Shown one piece after another: positions 10,938-21,971 of a stretch of 64,000 nt of DNA. Numbering within the stretch: position 1 is the stretch's first letter; every line of letters starts with the position of its first letter. The position numbers and the translations under genes were made by a program. Location of the stretch: NCBI GenBank assembly GCA_041906785.1, contig JAYRIM010000028.1, positions 121,661-185,660 of the forward strand. The letters are read 5' to 3'. The notes under the pieces were generated by a model. That model was not told the DNA's origin. It saw only the letters and a program-made list of their open reading frames with translations, and ran no database searches. The stretch is from Candidatus Levyibacteriota bacterium (GTDB lineage: Bacteria > Patescibacteriota > Microgenomatia > Levybacterales > UBA12049).

Positions 10938-11997
10938 GAAATTCGGTTTTTCAAAAAAAGAACTTCAAAAACATTCTTCACTTCAAAAAAAAACTTTTTT
11001 CTTAAAAACAGAATCGTGTTTTACTCCCAAAATATTTCTAGCAAACAAAAAAAAAGTTATTAAAAACAGAACAGTTAAATCAATAATTGATTTATATTTT
11101 GGCAAACAACAAGCTTCTGTTTTCGCTATTAAGAATGGTACACTTCACGTTCTTTATAGAATTGTTATTAATGATAAAGCATATATACTACGAATTAACA
11201 AGTTTTCAAAAAACTATAAAGAATTCTCGTTCTTTACTGAACAATGGATTTACGAAGTTTTACATGCTAATAAACTTTCTTCTTTAAATGTTATAGCAGT
11301 TGATATCTCTCGCAAAATTTTTCCTTTTGACTTTCAAATTATTGAAGAGGTTCCTGGAGTATCATTATTCGAATTAGGTAGAGAGCGAAAGATTGCATAT
11401 AAACAACACTATAATTTAGGTATTTATATAGCTAGTGTTCATAAAAATAAAACTTCCGGTTTTGGTCCTTTTTCAATAGATGATATTTTTCTAGAAAAAG
11501 GAATAGGTATCCATAACAGCTGGAAAGACTTCGTTTTTTTAAATCTTGAAGCGCACATTGGATACTGTATTAAACATAAGTTATTAGATAATACTAGCGC
11601 TCAAAAAATTGAGACATATTTTTCACATTTAGATAAAAGACTTTTTTACGTTGATCCTGTTCTACTTCATGGTGATATTGCAAATCATAATGTATTTGTC
11701 AAAGGAAATAAAATTTCTGGTGTAATAGATTGGGAAGATAGCATTTCTGGAGACCCAGTATATGATATAGCTTATTTTGGTACTGGTTGTTATAGAAATG
11801 AACAGTGGCTTTCGGCATTTTTAGACGGTTATAAAATAGTAAAATCTTTACCAAAAGACTTTGAAAAAAAATACTGGTTCTATTATCTACGAATTGCGAT
11901 TGCAAAATCTATTATTAGACATGCGACTAATAAAAAAAATAGAAACTTTGGAAAGAGAATAGAATATGGTTTAGAGAAACTCGAATCTCTTGTGTAA
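10924..11997 (+). CDS. aminoglycoside phosphotransferase/choline kinase-family kinase
   Basis: LLHGDIANHNV, IDWED, GDPVYDIA. Confidence 0.85.
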   Translation: MTDYKKFGFSKKELQKHSSLQKKTFFLKTESCFTPKIFLANKKKVIKNRTVKSIIDLYFGKQQASVFAIKNGTLHVLYRIVINDKAYILRINKFSKNYKEFSFFTEQWIYEVLHANKLSSLNVIAVDISRKIFPFDFQIIEEVPGVSLFELGRERKIAYKQHYNLGIYIASVHKNKTSGFGPFSIDDIFLEKGIGIHNSWKDFVFLNLEAHIGYCIKHKLLDNTSAQKIETYFSHLDKRLFYVDPVLLHGDIANHNVFVKGNKISGVIDWEDSISGDPVYDIAYFGTGCYRNEQWLSAFLDGYKIVKSLPKDFEKKYWFYYLRIAIAKSIIRHATNKKNRNFGKRIEYGLEKLESLV

Positions 11998-12025
11998 TAA
12001 AAATATTGAAATTATAATACCTTAT

Positions 12026-12997
12026 ATGAAAAAGACAGTTTTAATTACTGGTGGATTAGGATTTATAGGAACAAATTTAATTCATGCACTTCTTAGAGAG
12101 ACAAATTATTCATTTATTATTCTTGATAAAGTAACATATGCAGGAAGGATTGATAATTTACCACAAAAAGTAAAAGATAGAAAAAGGATACAATTCGTTG
12201 AAGGTGACATCATAAATAAAAATATAGTTTTATCAGTTCTCAAAAATACTTCAATGGTAATCCATCTAGCAGCTAATACGCATACTGCACGTTCGTTAAA
12301 AGATCCTCTTTCATTTGTTAAAACAAATGTTTTAGGTACAACGCAACTGCTTGATGTTGCTAGTAAATATCCTATTCAGAAATTTATTTATATATCTAGC
12401 TCAGAAGTATATGGTGATAGAAAAGAAAAAACACCAATGGATGAGAATCATCCGTTAAATCCTGTTACACCTTATGCAGTCACAAAGCTTGCTGCAGATA
12501 GAATGGCTTATTCATATTATTTAACAAAAAAACTACCAATTGTTATACTTCGGCCTTTCAATACATACGGGTCTTATCAACACACCGAAAAAATGATTCC
12601 TCTTTTTATAACTCGACTTCTTAAAAATGAACCAATTACATTACATCATGGTGGACTTCAAAAAAGAGATTGGGTATTTGTCGAAGATCATGTGCGCGCA
12701 ATATTCTTAGCACTTATTACTCCTATAGAAAAGATTAATGGGGAAATTTTTAATATAGGAACAGGGAAAGCTACATCAACGAAAACTGTAGCAGAGTTAA
12801 TAGCAAAAGCATTAAATAAAAATAAGAACCTTGTTCAAGTAGAAAAAACGTCTTTACCTGGAACTATGAGTAATGTAGGGGTTTCTAAAAAAGCTGAAAA
12901 AATATTGGGATGGAAGAATGAAGTTTCGCTAGAAGAAGGTATTGCAAAGACTGCATTATGGTATAAAAAAAATCCTGATTGGTGGAGAAATATATGA
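12026..12997 (+). CDS. rfbB: dTDP-glucose 4,6-dehydratase-like
   Basis: TGGLGFIG, DKVTYAG, HLAANTH, SSEVYG, PYAVTK, EKMIP. Confidence 0.75.
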   Translation: MKKTVLITGGLGFIGTNLIHALLRETNYSFIILDKVTYAGRIDNLPQKVKDRKRIQFVEGDIINKNIVLSVLKNTSMVIHLAANTHTARSLKDPLSFVKTNVLGTTQLLDVASKYPIQKFIYISSSEVYGDRKEKTPMDENHPLNPVTPYAVTKLAADRMAYSYYLTKKLPIVILRPFNTYGSYQHTEKMIPLFITRLLKNEPITLHHGGLQKRDWVFVEDHVRAIFLALITPIEKINGEIFNIGTGKATSTKTVAELIAKALNKNKNLVQVEKTSLPGTMSNVGVSKKAEKILGWKNEVSLEEGIAKTALWYKKNPDWWRNI

Positions 12998-13917
12998 AAA
13001 AAAATATTGTTTTAACAGGTGGAGGAGGATTTATCGGTGCGACCTTAATTCGGAAAAGTATCAAGAAATATAATGTGCATGTCATAGCAAGGGAAGGCGG
13101 TTCATTATGGAGGTTAGACGATCTACAGAAAGATCTAACTATCCATACAGGATTACTTGAAGATTTACCAAAATTGACAAGGTTAATGCAAGAAATTCAG
13201 CCGAAAGCGATATTTCACCTTGCTACATATGGAGCTTATCCCTCACAAAATATTCCATTAAAAATGATCGATGTAAACGTGAAGGGAACAATGAATCTAT
13301 TAGAGAGCATTAAAAATGTTGAATATGACCAATGTATTGTAACAGGAAGTTCGTCAGAATATGGAAAAAAAGATAAAGAGATGCGGGAAAATGATTTTAT
13401 TGAACCAAATAATTATTATGCTGCTACAAAAGCAGCACAAACGCATTTATGCCAAGTTTTTTCAAAAACTAACAAAAAACCTTTACTCATTTTTCGTCTT
13501 TTTAATGTATATGGACCATTTGAAGAGAAAGGGAGATTGGTGCGAACAGTTATTGAATCTGTACTAAACAAAAAACCTATACCACTAGCTACTGGAAAAG
13601 AAGCAAGAGATTTTATTCATGTAGAAGACGTGGCAGATGCATTTTTACGAGGTATACATAAACGGACATTATATGGTGAAGTATTCAACATAGGTACTGG
13701 CAAGCAAACAACGATAAAGCAACTTGCTGAACATATAATCGACATTACAGGAATCAAGGTGCCTATCCAACTGAATGTTTATCCGGGACGAGAATGGGAT
13801 GCATTTCACTGGAAAGCAGATACAAAGAAAACAGAAAATGTGCTTGGTTGGAAAGCAAAATACTCTCTAGATGAAGGATTAAAGAAGACCATTGCATGGT
13901 ATAGGTTACAAAAATAG
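12994..13917 (+). CDS. NAD-dependent epimerase/dehydratase
   Basis: TGGGGFIG, SSSEYG, YAATK. Confidence 0.9.
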   Translation: MKKNIVLTGGGGFIGATLIRKSIKKYNVHVIAREGGSLWRLDDLQKDLTIHTGLLEDLPKLTRLMQEIQPKAIFHLATYGAYPSQNIPLKMIDVNVKGTMNLLESIKNVEYDQCIVTGSSSEYGKKDKEMRENDFIEPNNYYAATKAAQTHLCQVFSKTNKKPLLIFRLFNVYGPFEEKGRLVRTVIESVLNKKPIPLATGKEARDFIHVEDVADAFLRGIHKRTLYGEVFNIGTGKQTTIKQLAEHIIDITGIKVPIQLNVYPGREWDAFHWKADTKKTENVLGWKAKYSLDEGLKKTIAWYRLQK

Positions 13918-13918
13918 T

Positions 13919-14731
13919 ATGTCTAATTCAGAATTACATAAAGTTTCTAAAGAGATCGCATTATTAACACTTGAAATTTCTTATTTAGCAAAAACCGGAC
14001 ATGTTGGCTCTGCATTATCAATAGTAGATATTTTAACAGTGTTGTATTTCACGCAGTTAAACGTTACGCTTGAAAATTTATCCTCGGAAAAAAGAGATCG
14101 ATTTATTCTCAGTAAGGGCCACGCCGCTGCTGCGCTGTATGCGACTTTATATAAAAAAGGGATTTTATCAAAAAAGAAATTGTATAGCTTCGGTTCTGAT
14201 GAAGGAGGGTTATGTGAACATACAGAGATTGAAGATACAGGCATAGAGATGACAAGTGGTTCTTTAGGGCATGGGTTAGGTTTTGGTGTGGGCATTGCAT
14301 TAGGAATGAAGCTTGCAACTGTAAAAAGCCAGGTATATGTATTGATTAGTGACGGAGAGTGTGGAGAAGGCTCTGTATGGGAGTCGGCATATTTAGCCAG
14401 TAAATTAAGATTAGATAATTTGACAGTTATTATTGATAATAATAAATGGCAATGTTTTGGAAAGGTTTCAGACATTACAAATATTACTCCTTTTAGGCCT
14501 AAATGGGAATCATTCGGATGGCATGTAGAAGAGATAGAGGGGCACGATACGTCAGCAATTCGCAATTCATTTCAAAGAATCAAATTAGTAAAAGAAAAAC
14601 CTCATGTCATTATTGCTAATACTGTAAGTGGTAAGGGAATATCTATGATCGAAGACAAACTGATCGGTCATTATAAAGTCTTTACAGATGAGGAATATGT
14701 ATTAGCCAGAAAGGAAATTGAACAGCTATGA
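13919..14731 (+). CDS. transketolase, N-terminal (ThDP-binding) subunit
   Basis: DRFILSKGH, GSLGHG, SDGECGEG...N. Confidence 0.92.
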   Translation: MSNSELHKVSKEIALLTLEISYLAKTGHVGSALSIVDILTVLYFTQLNVTLENLSSEKRDRFILSKGHAAAALYATLYKKGILSKKKLYSFGSDEGGLCEHTEIEDTGIEMTSGSLGHGLGFGVGIALGMKLATVKSQVYVLISDGECGEGSVWESAYLASKLRLDNLTVIIDNNKWQCFGKVSDITNITPFRPKWESFGWHVEEIEGHDTSAIRNSFQRIKLVKEKPHVIIANTVSGKGISMIEDKLIGHYKVFTDEEYVLARKEIEQL

Positions 14732-15681
14732 GGAAAGCCTTTATAAAAGCTTTATGCGAAATAGCAAAAAAAGACGAAAGAGTTGTACTCCTTACTGGTG
14801 ATTTAGGGTTTAACGTTTTAGAACCTTTTAAAGAACATTTCCCAGATAGATTTTTTAATATAGGTGTAGCCGAAGCAAATCTCGTAACTGTAGCCGCAGG
14901 TTTAGCTACTGCCGGTTATATTCCCTTAACGTACTCTATAGCTACATTTATGAGTATGAGACCTTTCGAACAGATACGAAACATGGTAAGTCTGCAGAAT
15001 CTAAACGTAAAAATAATAGCTGTTGGGGCAGGAATTTCCTACACAAAAGCTGGACCTACACATCATGCAATTGAAGATATTTCGCTTATGCGTTCTTTAC
15101 CGAACATGACTATTATCGCTCCTTCAGACCAAAAAGAAACATATCAAGCAACAAAAGCGATGCTAGCGTATTCAGGCCCTGTGTATTTCAGAATAGGAAG
15201 AAATCCTGCCGATAGTATTGTTATCCCAGAATCAACATTTATCATAGGTAGAGCGAGATTATTACAAAAAGGTGAGAAAATCGCATTATTGGCTACTGGT
15301 AATCAAGTAGAGATTGCATTTCAAGTTGCAAAAATACTAAAGCAATTAAATATTCAAGCGTCTATATATAGTTTTCCCACAGTTAAACCACTAGATAAAC
15401 AAACACTCAGCGAAATTTATTCTAGCCATGTAGTAATTGCTACTCTTGAGGATCATAGTATTACTGGGGGATTTGGTTCAGCGATTTGTGAAGATGTTTA
15501 TGAAGAACCGCTTGCTGTGTATCCTTCAATTGTACGCTTCGGATTTAAGCCTGGATATAGCAAATTGTCAGCATCATATAGCAAAATGATCGAAGAATAC
15601 AGTTTTTCTCCTTATCAAATTGCTGAGAGAATTCTACAAATTATGATGAAACAATTTTCTCTGCAGAACAATTCTCTTTAA
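14728..15681 (+). CDS. transketolase, C-terminal subunit
   Basis: NIGVAEAN, GPTHHAIED, EDHSITGGFG. Confidence 0.92.
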   Translation: MRKAFIKALCEIAKKDERVVLLTGDLGFNVLEPFKEHFPDRFFNIGVAEANLVTVAAGLATAGYIPLTYSIATFMSMRPFEQIRNMVSLQNLNVKIIAVGAGISYTKAGPTHHAIEDISLMRSLPNMTIIAPSDQKETYQATKAMLAYSGPVYFRIGRNPADSIVIPESTFIIGRARLLQKGEKIALLATGNQVEIAFQVAKILKQLNIQASIYSFPTVKPLDKQTLSEIYSSHVVIATLEDHSITGGFGSAICEDVYEEPLAVYPSIVRFGFKPGYSKLSASYSKMIEEYSFSPYQIAERILQIMMKQFSLQNNSL

Positions 15682-15691
15682 TTAAAATCAT

Positions 15692-16630
15692 ATGATGCCT
15701 TTCATTAGTATTGTTATACCAACATACAATGCCCAAAAATATTTAAAACAGTGTTTGAAAAGTATTTTTAAGCAGTCATATCCTCGATCATCATATGAAG
15801 TATTAATAGTTGATGGGGGTAGCAGTGATCGGACTCTCAATATTGCAAAACAATTTAAAACACGAATACTTAAAAATAAATATAAAGATGCAGAAAGTGG
15901 TAAAGCGATCGGAATTTCTAAAGCAAAAGGTCAGATAATCGCACTGATAGATGCAGATAATGAGTTAGTAAATGATAATTGGTTAGAGGAAATGGTGTAT
16001 CCATTTGTAAAACATAAACAAATTTTTGGTGTTGAATCACGTTGGTTAGTAAATAAAAAACATTCTTTGTTAAACCAGTATTTTGCTATGTTAGAGATCG
16101 CCGATCCTCTTGCAAGACGTTTTCATCCTAAAGTTCAGGTTACAGAATATAAACGATATTTTCTGCATAAAGTTAAAGTCGGTGAAACCCCCATAATAGG
16201 TGCCAATGGTTTCCTCTATAGAAAAAAATTTATAGATATCATTGGATATGGATCGAAATTTGAAGAGGTAAATTTTGTGGCCAAATTAGTTAATAAAGGA
16301 TATGTGTATTATGCAGTTCCGAAAAGTGTAGGAATTTACCATCATTATGTATCTTCACTTTCAGGCTATATTAAAAAAAGAATAAAAATCGGTAATAAAT
16401 TTATGAATAGAAAAATGCAAGGACAAGCAACATGGGTTGATCAATCAAACAATAAACACTTCTTTTCAGCTGTTTTTTATAATATAACTCTCATTGGACC
16501 GGTTATTGAGTCTATATCACAAATGAAAAAAACAAAAAATATTGCATGGTTATGGCATCCAATTATTTCTTTTGTAACTGTAGTAGTTTATGGAATAATC
16601 TTTTTAAAATATAAATTAAAGAAATTATGA
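15692..16630 (+). CDS. GT2 glycosyltransferase
   Basis: SIVIPTYN, DGGSSD, IDADN. Confidence 0.9.
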   Translation: MMPFISIVIPTYNAQKYLKQCLKSIFKQSYPRSSYEVLIVDGGSSDRTLNIAKQFKTRILKNKYKDAESGKAIGISKAKGQIIALIDADNELVNDNWLEEMVYPFVKHKQIFGVESRWLVNKKHSLLNQYFAMLEIADPLARRFHPKVQVTEYKRYFLHKVKVGETPIIGANGFLYRKKFIDIIGYGSKFEEVNFVAKLVNKGYVYYAVPKSVGIYHHYVSSLSGYIKKRIKIGNKFMNRKMQGQATWVDQSNNKHFFSAVFYNITLIGPVIESISQMKKTKNIAWLWHPIISFVTVVVYGIIFLKYKLKKL

Positions 16631-17391
16631 ATATTGATCATTATTACGAGAAACTAAGATACACAAATAAATCTAAAGAAGAACGTTTAGATATTTATAA
16701 AAAAAGAGTAAATGTTTACCTTGAGATTTTGAAAAAAAACTCTCTTTTTAATAAAAGAAATAAAATGAAAATATTGGATATTGGGTGTGGGGATGGTGGA
16801 TTGGGATTTGAATTGAAAAAGCATATTGCATCTGAAGTATATGGTGTGGATATTTCTAAGGCTGGTGTATCGTTGGCAAATAAATTAGGAATTAAAAGTA
16901 AAGTTGCAGACGTGCAAAAAAAGATCCCTTTTAAATCTTCATCCTTTGATGCTCTAATTGCAAACGAAATAATAGAACATTTATACGATACTGATACCTT
17001 TATTAATGAATCTAAAAGGATATTGAAAAAAAAAGGTTTATTTATTATTGGAACACCAAACCTTTCTTTTTGGTTTAATAGAGTTATTTTTTTGTTAGGA
17101 ATATATCCAATGTATCAGGAAGTGAGTATACGTCATAGAAATTTTGGGATGGGGTTTCTTCGTCGATTCGTAGATACGCAACCCGTGGGGCATGTTCGCG
17201 TTTACAATACACAAGCACTAAAAGATATGCTTTCTTTTTATGGATTTGAAATTATTTCATTACATGGAGGAAGTGTTAATTTCGAATCACAAAACTCTTT
17301 TTTAACTTCTATTTATAGACTTTTTGATACATTTTTCAGTCATTTTTCCTCTTTGTCGTCAGATATTATTATCATTGCAAGAAAAAAATAA
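16627..17391 (+). CDS. class I SAM-dependent methyltransferase
   Basis: LDIGCGDG, EIIEHL, GTPN. Confidence 0.9.
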   Translation: MNIDHYYEKLRYTNKSKEERLDIYKKRVNVYLEILKKNSLFNKRNKMKILDIGCGDGGLGFELKKHIASEVYGVDISKAGVSLANKLGIKSKVADVQKKIPFKSSSFDALIANEIIEHLYDTDTFINESKRILKKKGLFIIGTPNLSFWFNRVIFLLGIYPMYQEVSIRHRNFGMGFLRRFVDTQPVGHVRVYNTQALKDMLSFYGFEIISLHGGSVNFESQNSFLTSIYRLFDTFFSHFSSLSSDIIIIARKK

Positions 17392-17439
17392 ACTACTGCT
17401 TTCATAATAGATTTAAATTTTTTACAATATAGATGGGTT

Positions 17440-19131
17440 ATGAAGTTTCCAGGAAAAATATTTAAACATGATAGTAAATATTTCTTTTTTCTTCTCTTAG
17501 TGTGTCTAGTAGTTTTCTATAAATTATTTTTTACCTTTTATCAGCAAGATGAATGGCATGCTTTAGGCTTTATCATATCAAAGGGTTTCAGCTATATTTT
17601 TTCTCAAGCATCTTTGCTAGATATTCTTTTTCTTGAAAATAGACCTCTTGCTCGATTCTTAAATATTTTGTTTTTTGGTTTCCTTCCGTTTAATATAATA
17701 CCTTTATCATTATTTGCTATTACTGTTCACTCAATAAATGCATTCTTGATATTTAAAATTGCAAAGAAGTTAACAAATACGATATATTTCTCGCTATTAG
17801 GCTCGTTAATTTTCCTCATAAATGATACAAGTAAACAGGCTATTATTTGGTTCGGAGCTGTTACAGGGACGTTACTTTCTACGACAGGAATATTGTTGTC
17901 TGTTTATTTCTTTCTTTTATATCTTATAGAACATAAAAAAACAAAGGCATATGCAGCAGTTATTTTTATGATTTTATCATTAGGTTTTAAAGAAAGTGGG
18001 CTTTTTCTCGTTCTTTTTCTTCCTTGTATTGAACTTTTATACCGAATATATAAAGAACACTCGTGGAGGTTAAGTAAGATATCCATCGGTATTTTTTTAA
18101 TTGGATTGTTTTTTTTAGGAGTAAAATTTTTAAAATTATTCTTTCTGACACAGAACTATTCTGGATATGTAAGCAGTAATTCAGGGGGAGGGTTATATAA
18201 AATTGTTTGGGGATTTATTACATATCCGCTAGAAACTTTTTCTCAATTACTTATCCCCGATGAATATTTTTATCCTTATTCGCATAAACTAACAAATATT
18301 ATTTTTCCCTATTTTGATACAGTTGGTTATTCCGTACAAGTATCTGAAAAAGTAATGCTTGAATTACTATCGCTTTTACTGGCATTTTTAATACTTTTTC
18401 CTATGTTTCTTTTCTTATTAAGACAAAGAAATAAATTTCCTATACTGTTCAGCACAGTACTTTATATGTTATGTTTTATACCTTTTATAGTTATAAACAA
18501 AAGCTCTGCGTATTTTGAATCAAGATATTATTACACTTTTTTGATTGCCTTCTCATTAATAATTGCTTTATTTTTTTATCAGCTATCAATTGTTTTTCAT
18601 AAAACAGTAAAATCGAAAAGAAAGTTTAATGTTCTTAAAAGACTTGGTTTTATTATGTTTGTAACTTACTTTCTAATCCAAATTTCTTCAATATCCACTA
18701 AGCTCGATTATCAAGTAGAAAGAGCATCTACTCAAAGACCTATTCTTGAACAAATGATCTCGTCAGTTCCAAAATTATCTCTAAAACATATTTTCTACAT
18801 AACGAGTGATAGAGATTTTATAACTGAAAATAATCCATTACCATTCCAAAACGGGATAGGATATACCATTTTGACTTATTATGTCGCACGTACAAATGAT
18901 TTTGGGCATAAAAAATTGCTTAATAATAATTTTTTTTGGGAATTAGGTAATCAAGGGTATAGGGAATTGTATAATGGTTATGGGTTTGGTTTCTACACCG
19001 AATTACAAAAACTTTTATTAGATAAAAAAAAATATAATTTTCAAGAAAACGACATTACTTCTTTTTACTATGATTCTAAGAAAAATTCTCTTATAAACAA
19101 TACTAATACTATAAGAAAAAAATTGCATTAA
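17440..19131 (+). CDS. GT-C fold membrane protein
   Basis: FYQQDEW after TM1, RPL, FKESG, SRYYY. Confidence 0.7.
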   Translation: MKFPGKIFKHDSKYFFFLLLVCLVVFYKLFFTFYQQDEWHALGFIISKGFSYIFSQASLLDILFLENRPLARFLNILFFGFLPFNIIPLSLFAITVHSINAFLIFKIAKKLTNTIYFSLLGSLIFLINDTSKQAIIWFGAVTGTLLSTTGILLSVYFFLLYLIEHKKTKAYAAVIFMILSLGFKESGLFLVLFLPCIELLYRIYKEHSWRLSKISIGIFLIGLFFLGVKFLKLFFLTQNYSGYVSSNSGGGLYKIVWGFITYPLETFSQLLIPDEYFYPYSHKLTNIIFPYFDTVGYSVQVSEKVMLELLSLLLAFLILFPMFLFLLRQRNKFPILFSTVLYMLCFIPFIVINKSSAYFESRYYYTFLIAFSLIIALFFYQLSIVFHKTVKSKRKFNVLKRLGFIMFVTYFLIQISSISTKLDYQVERASTQRPILEQMISSVPKLSLKHIFYITSDRDFITENNPLPFQNGIGYTILTYYVARTNDFGHKKLLNNNFFWELGNQGYRELYNGYGFGFYTELQKLLLDKKKYNFQENDITSFYYDSKKNSLINNTNTIRKKLH

Positions 19132-19134
19132 TAT

Positions 19135-21048
19135 ATGTTTACTTTTAGCGCAAAAGACTTACCATTTTTCTTCACAGAACAACTAGATAAATTTTCAATT
19201 ATACCTTTCGTTTGGGATTCTACCAGAGCAAATGGTTTTGGTGAAAATATTTCTTCTCTTTTATGGTTAAGAAGCTTTATATATATACCTTCTAGTTTTC
19301 TGCATAATCTTTTCAACTTTGATTGGTTCCAGATAACAATATTTTATTATTTTCTTTTTATTTTTTTTGCTCTGATTTCAATACGGACTTTTACATCTTT
19401 TTTTGAAATAAAAAATATCTTTATAAAGATATTTTTTGGAATAATTTTTATCACCAATACATATACTGCTATGCTTTTAGATGGTGGCCAATTGGGAGTT
19501 TTGTTGGCATACAGTTTAGTACCTCTCGTTTTTACACTTTTTTCAAATGTAGTTACGAAGAAAACACATAGATTTATTGATGTGATTGATGCCGGGATAA
19601 TACTAGCATTACAACTGCTTATAGATATCCGAATTGCATTACTTACAGTTTTCTGCATTTTTCTTTACTGGATTATCCATATTTTTCTATTTCCCGATAA
19701 AATAAATTTTTTAAAATTAATACTTAAATATAGAACTTCATCATTTATTATTGTATTTCTACTTCATCTGTTTTGGATAATTCCTTCATTAATAAGCTTT
19801 ATGACTTCTAGCCAATTCAATGTCCCATCGGATAGTAGACAAACCGGTCAATATTTTAGTTTTGCCAAATTTGAAAATGCTATCGCATTATTACATCCAA
19901 ATTGGCCAGAAAATATTTTTGGAAAAGTATATTTTATGAAACCTGAATTTCTCATTATTCCCCTTGCTGTTTTTTCAGTACTATTATTGATTGACTTAAG
20001 AAATAAGGAGAAAACTAAGAACATATTATTTTTTTGTCTTCTTAGTATCATTGGAATCTTTTTAGCGAAAGGGACAAATGAACCTTTTGGGTTTATATAC
20101 ACCTATATGCTTCACTATATTCCTGGATTTGTGTTCTTTCGAGATCCTACAAAATGGTATATATTGATCGCATTTTCATACTCTTTTTTATTATCGTTCG
20201 TAGTATCTACATTTGTTGGTTATATAAAAAGTAAACTGATTAAACAATGTATACTTCTGATAATCTTTTTAGTTTTTTTAAGTCCTTCGATTTCTGTAAT
20301 ACCGCCGGACAGAAATAGCGCACTTCGCATAAAAGAAGTTCCCTCGTCATATGTACAACTTAAAGATTTTTTAATTAATAAAGATTTTTCTCGAACATTC
20401 TGGATACCTGAACGCCAGACATTTGGTTATTATGATGCTATGCATCCAGCAATAAATGGCAATGAATACATGAAAGAATTTGTACCTGAGACTATCGCAA
20501 AGAAATTAATAAGTAAGAAATATGAATATATGTTTAAGGAACAATCTATTCGGTATGTTATTGTTCCTGAAGATACAAACGGTGAATTATTTCTTTCAGA
20601 TCGAAAGTTTGATCAAAGAAAATATAGAAAGGTAATTACGGCTCTGGATTCTATAGACTGGCTTAAGAAAATTGAAACATTTGGTTCAATACAAGTATAT
20701 GAGATTTATGAACCAATGACTCTTTTTTGGGATGCAAATACAAAAATGAATTTTCCGGGAAGCATGGTTAATCAGACTACTTACACAGTAAATGTAGCTA
20801 AACAAAACCGAACGAAACTTATCTTTTCAACTGGTTTTGATCCTCATTGGGAAGCAAGAATGAATGATAAAATAATCCATCCAAAATCTTATAAAACTTT
20901 AACAGCATTTAATCTGCCAACTGAAGCTAACGAGGTTTTTATCACTTATAATATTCAGCCTATAGTTAGATTTTGGTTTTTTAGTTCCTGTATGCTTTTC
21001 TTGCTGATCATTGTTGCAAGATATATAATGTGGAGGAGAAATATATGA
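19135..21048 (+). CDS. YfhO/AftD-like GT-C membrane protein
   Basis: FLAKGTNEPFG, FRDPTKW, FSTGFDPHW, C-terminal TM. Confidence 0.65.
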   Translation: MFTFSAKDLPFFFTEQLDKFSIIPFVWDSTRANGFGENISSLLWLRSFIYIPSSFLHNLFNFDWFQITIFYYFLFIFFALISIRTFTSFFEIKNIFIKIFFGIIFITNTYTAMLLDGGQLGVLLAYSLVPLVFTLFSNVVTKKTHRFIDVIDAGIILALQLLIDIRIALLTVFCIFLYWIIHIFLFPDKINFLKLILKYRTSSFIIVFLLHLFWIIPSLISFMTSSQFNVPSDSRQTGQYFSFAKFENAIALLHPNWPENIFGKVYFMKPEFLIIPLAVFSVLLLIDLRNKEKTKNILFFCLLSIIGIFLAKGTNEPFGFIYTYMLHYIPGFVFFRDPTKWYILIAFSYSFLLSFVVSTFVGYIKSKLIKQCILLIIFLVFLSPSISVIPPDRNSALRIKEVPSSYVQLKDFLINKDFSRTFWIPERQTFGYYDAMHPAINGNEYMKEFVPETIAKKLISKKYEYMFKEQSIRYVIVPEDTNGELFLSDRKFDQRKYRKVITALDSIDWLKKIETFGSIQVYEIYEPMTLFWDANTKMNFPGSMVNQTTYTVNVAKQNRTKLIFSTGFDPHWEARMNDKIIHPKSYKTLTAFNLPTEANEVFITYNIQPIVRFWFFSSCMLFLLIIVARYIMWRRNI

Positions 21049-21971
21049 TAAGTGTTGTAGTTCCAGTTTTTAATGAAGATGATGGCTTAGAAGCGTTTTA
21101 TACGAAGCTAAAATCTGTTCTTGGGCATTTTAAGGATGAACATGAAATTATCTTTATTGACGATGGATCTACTGACCAGACATTATTTAGATTAAAAGAA
21201 TTGAAAAAAAGGGACAAAACTCTTCGGATTTTTTCCTTCAGGAAAAATAAGGGTAAGTCTGAAGCATTAACATTAGCTTTTCAAAAAGCGCGAGGTGAAT
21301 ATATATTTACGCTCGATGCAGATTTAGAAGAAAATCCGGAAGAGCTTCAGAATTTACTGAAGAAAGCTCAAGAAGGGTGGGATATAGTTTCTGGTTGGAG
21401 AAAACATAGAAAACACTCTTTCGCTAGAGTTTATTCTTCTCGATTAGCGAACTATGTTCTCTCAAAATTATGGGGAATTCATTTACATGATATTAACTGC
21501 GGATTGAAAATATATTCAAAAGATGCTGCAAAGTCTCTGGAATTATATGGTGGTTTGTATCGTTTTATACCTATCATGGCGCATTTAAAAGGATTTAAAG
21601 TGACTGAAATTGTCGTAGAACATGAGAATAGAAAATTTGGAAAAGCAAAATTTGGTTTTCTAAAATTATGGAAAGATCTCCCAGATGCGTTCACAATTAT
21701 TTTTTTAACAAAATATGCTGAGCGACCGCTTCATTTTTTTGGGATGATTGGAGGTTTGCTTTTCACTTTTGGCTTTGCAATATTTTGTTATCTTAGTTTT
21801 ATTTGGTTTCAAGGAGAATCTATCGGTAGAAGACCTCTTTTCTTCGTTTGCATAGTGCTAATGTTAGCAGGTTTGCAAGTGTTTCTAACAGGTTTTTTAG
21901 CAGAACTTATTATTAATGTAACGCGAAAAGAAAAGTCTTTTTCAATAAAATATTCTTCAGATACTACATGA
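21045..21971 (+). CDS. GT2, ArnC/GtrB-like undecaprenyl-phosphate glycosyltransferase
   Basis: VPVFNE, DDGSTD, DADL, HDINCGLK, two C-terminal TMs. Confidence 0.9.
   Translation: MISVVVPVFNEDDGLEAFYTKLKSVLGHFKDEHEIIFIDDGSTDQTLFRLKELKKRDKTLRIFSFRKNKGKSEALTLAFQKARGEYIFTLDADLEENPEELQNLLKKAQEGWDIVSGWRKHRKHSFARVYSSRLANYVLSKLWGIHLHDINCGLKIYSKDAAKSLELYGGLYRFIPIMAHLKGFKVTEIVVEHENRKFGKAKFGFLKLWKDLPDAFTIIFLTKYAERPLHFFGMIGGLLFTFGFAIFCYLSFIWFQGESIGRRPLFFVCIVLMLAGLQVFLTGFLAELIINVTRKEKSFSIKYSSDTT

Noticed and set aside
10970-11060. Poly-A tracts at the start of the kinase gene as phase-variable sites
   Set aside because: A8-A9 runs are common throughout this AT-rich window, and the ORF is intact.
10924-11997. 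Aminoglycoside resistance gene
   Set aside because: Only the generic APH-fold motifs are present, and the sugar-biosynthesis operon context argues for another substrate.
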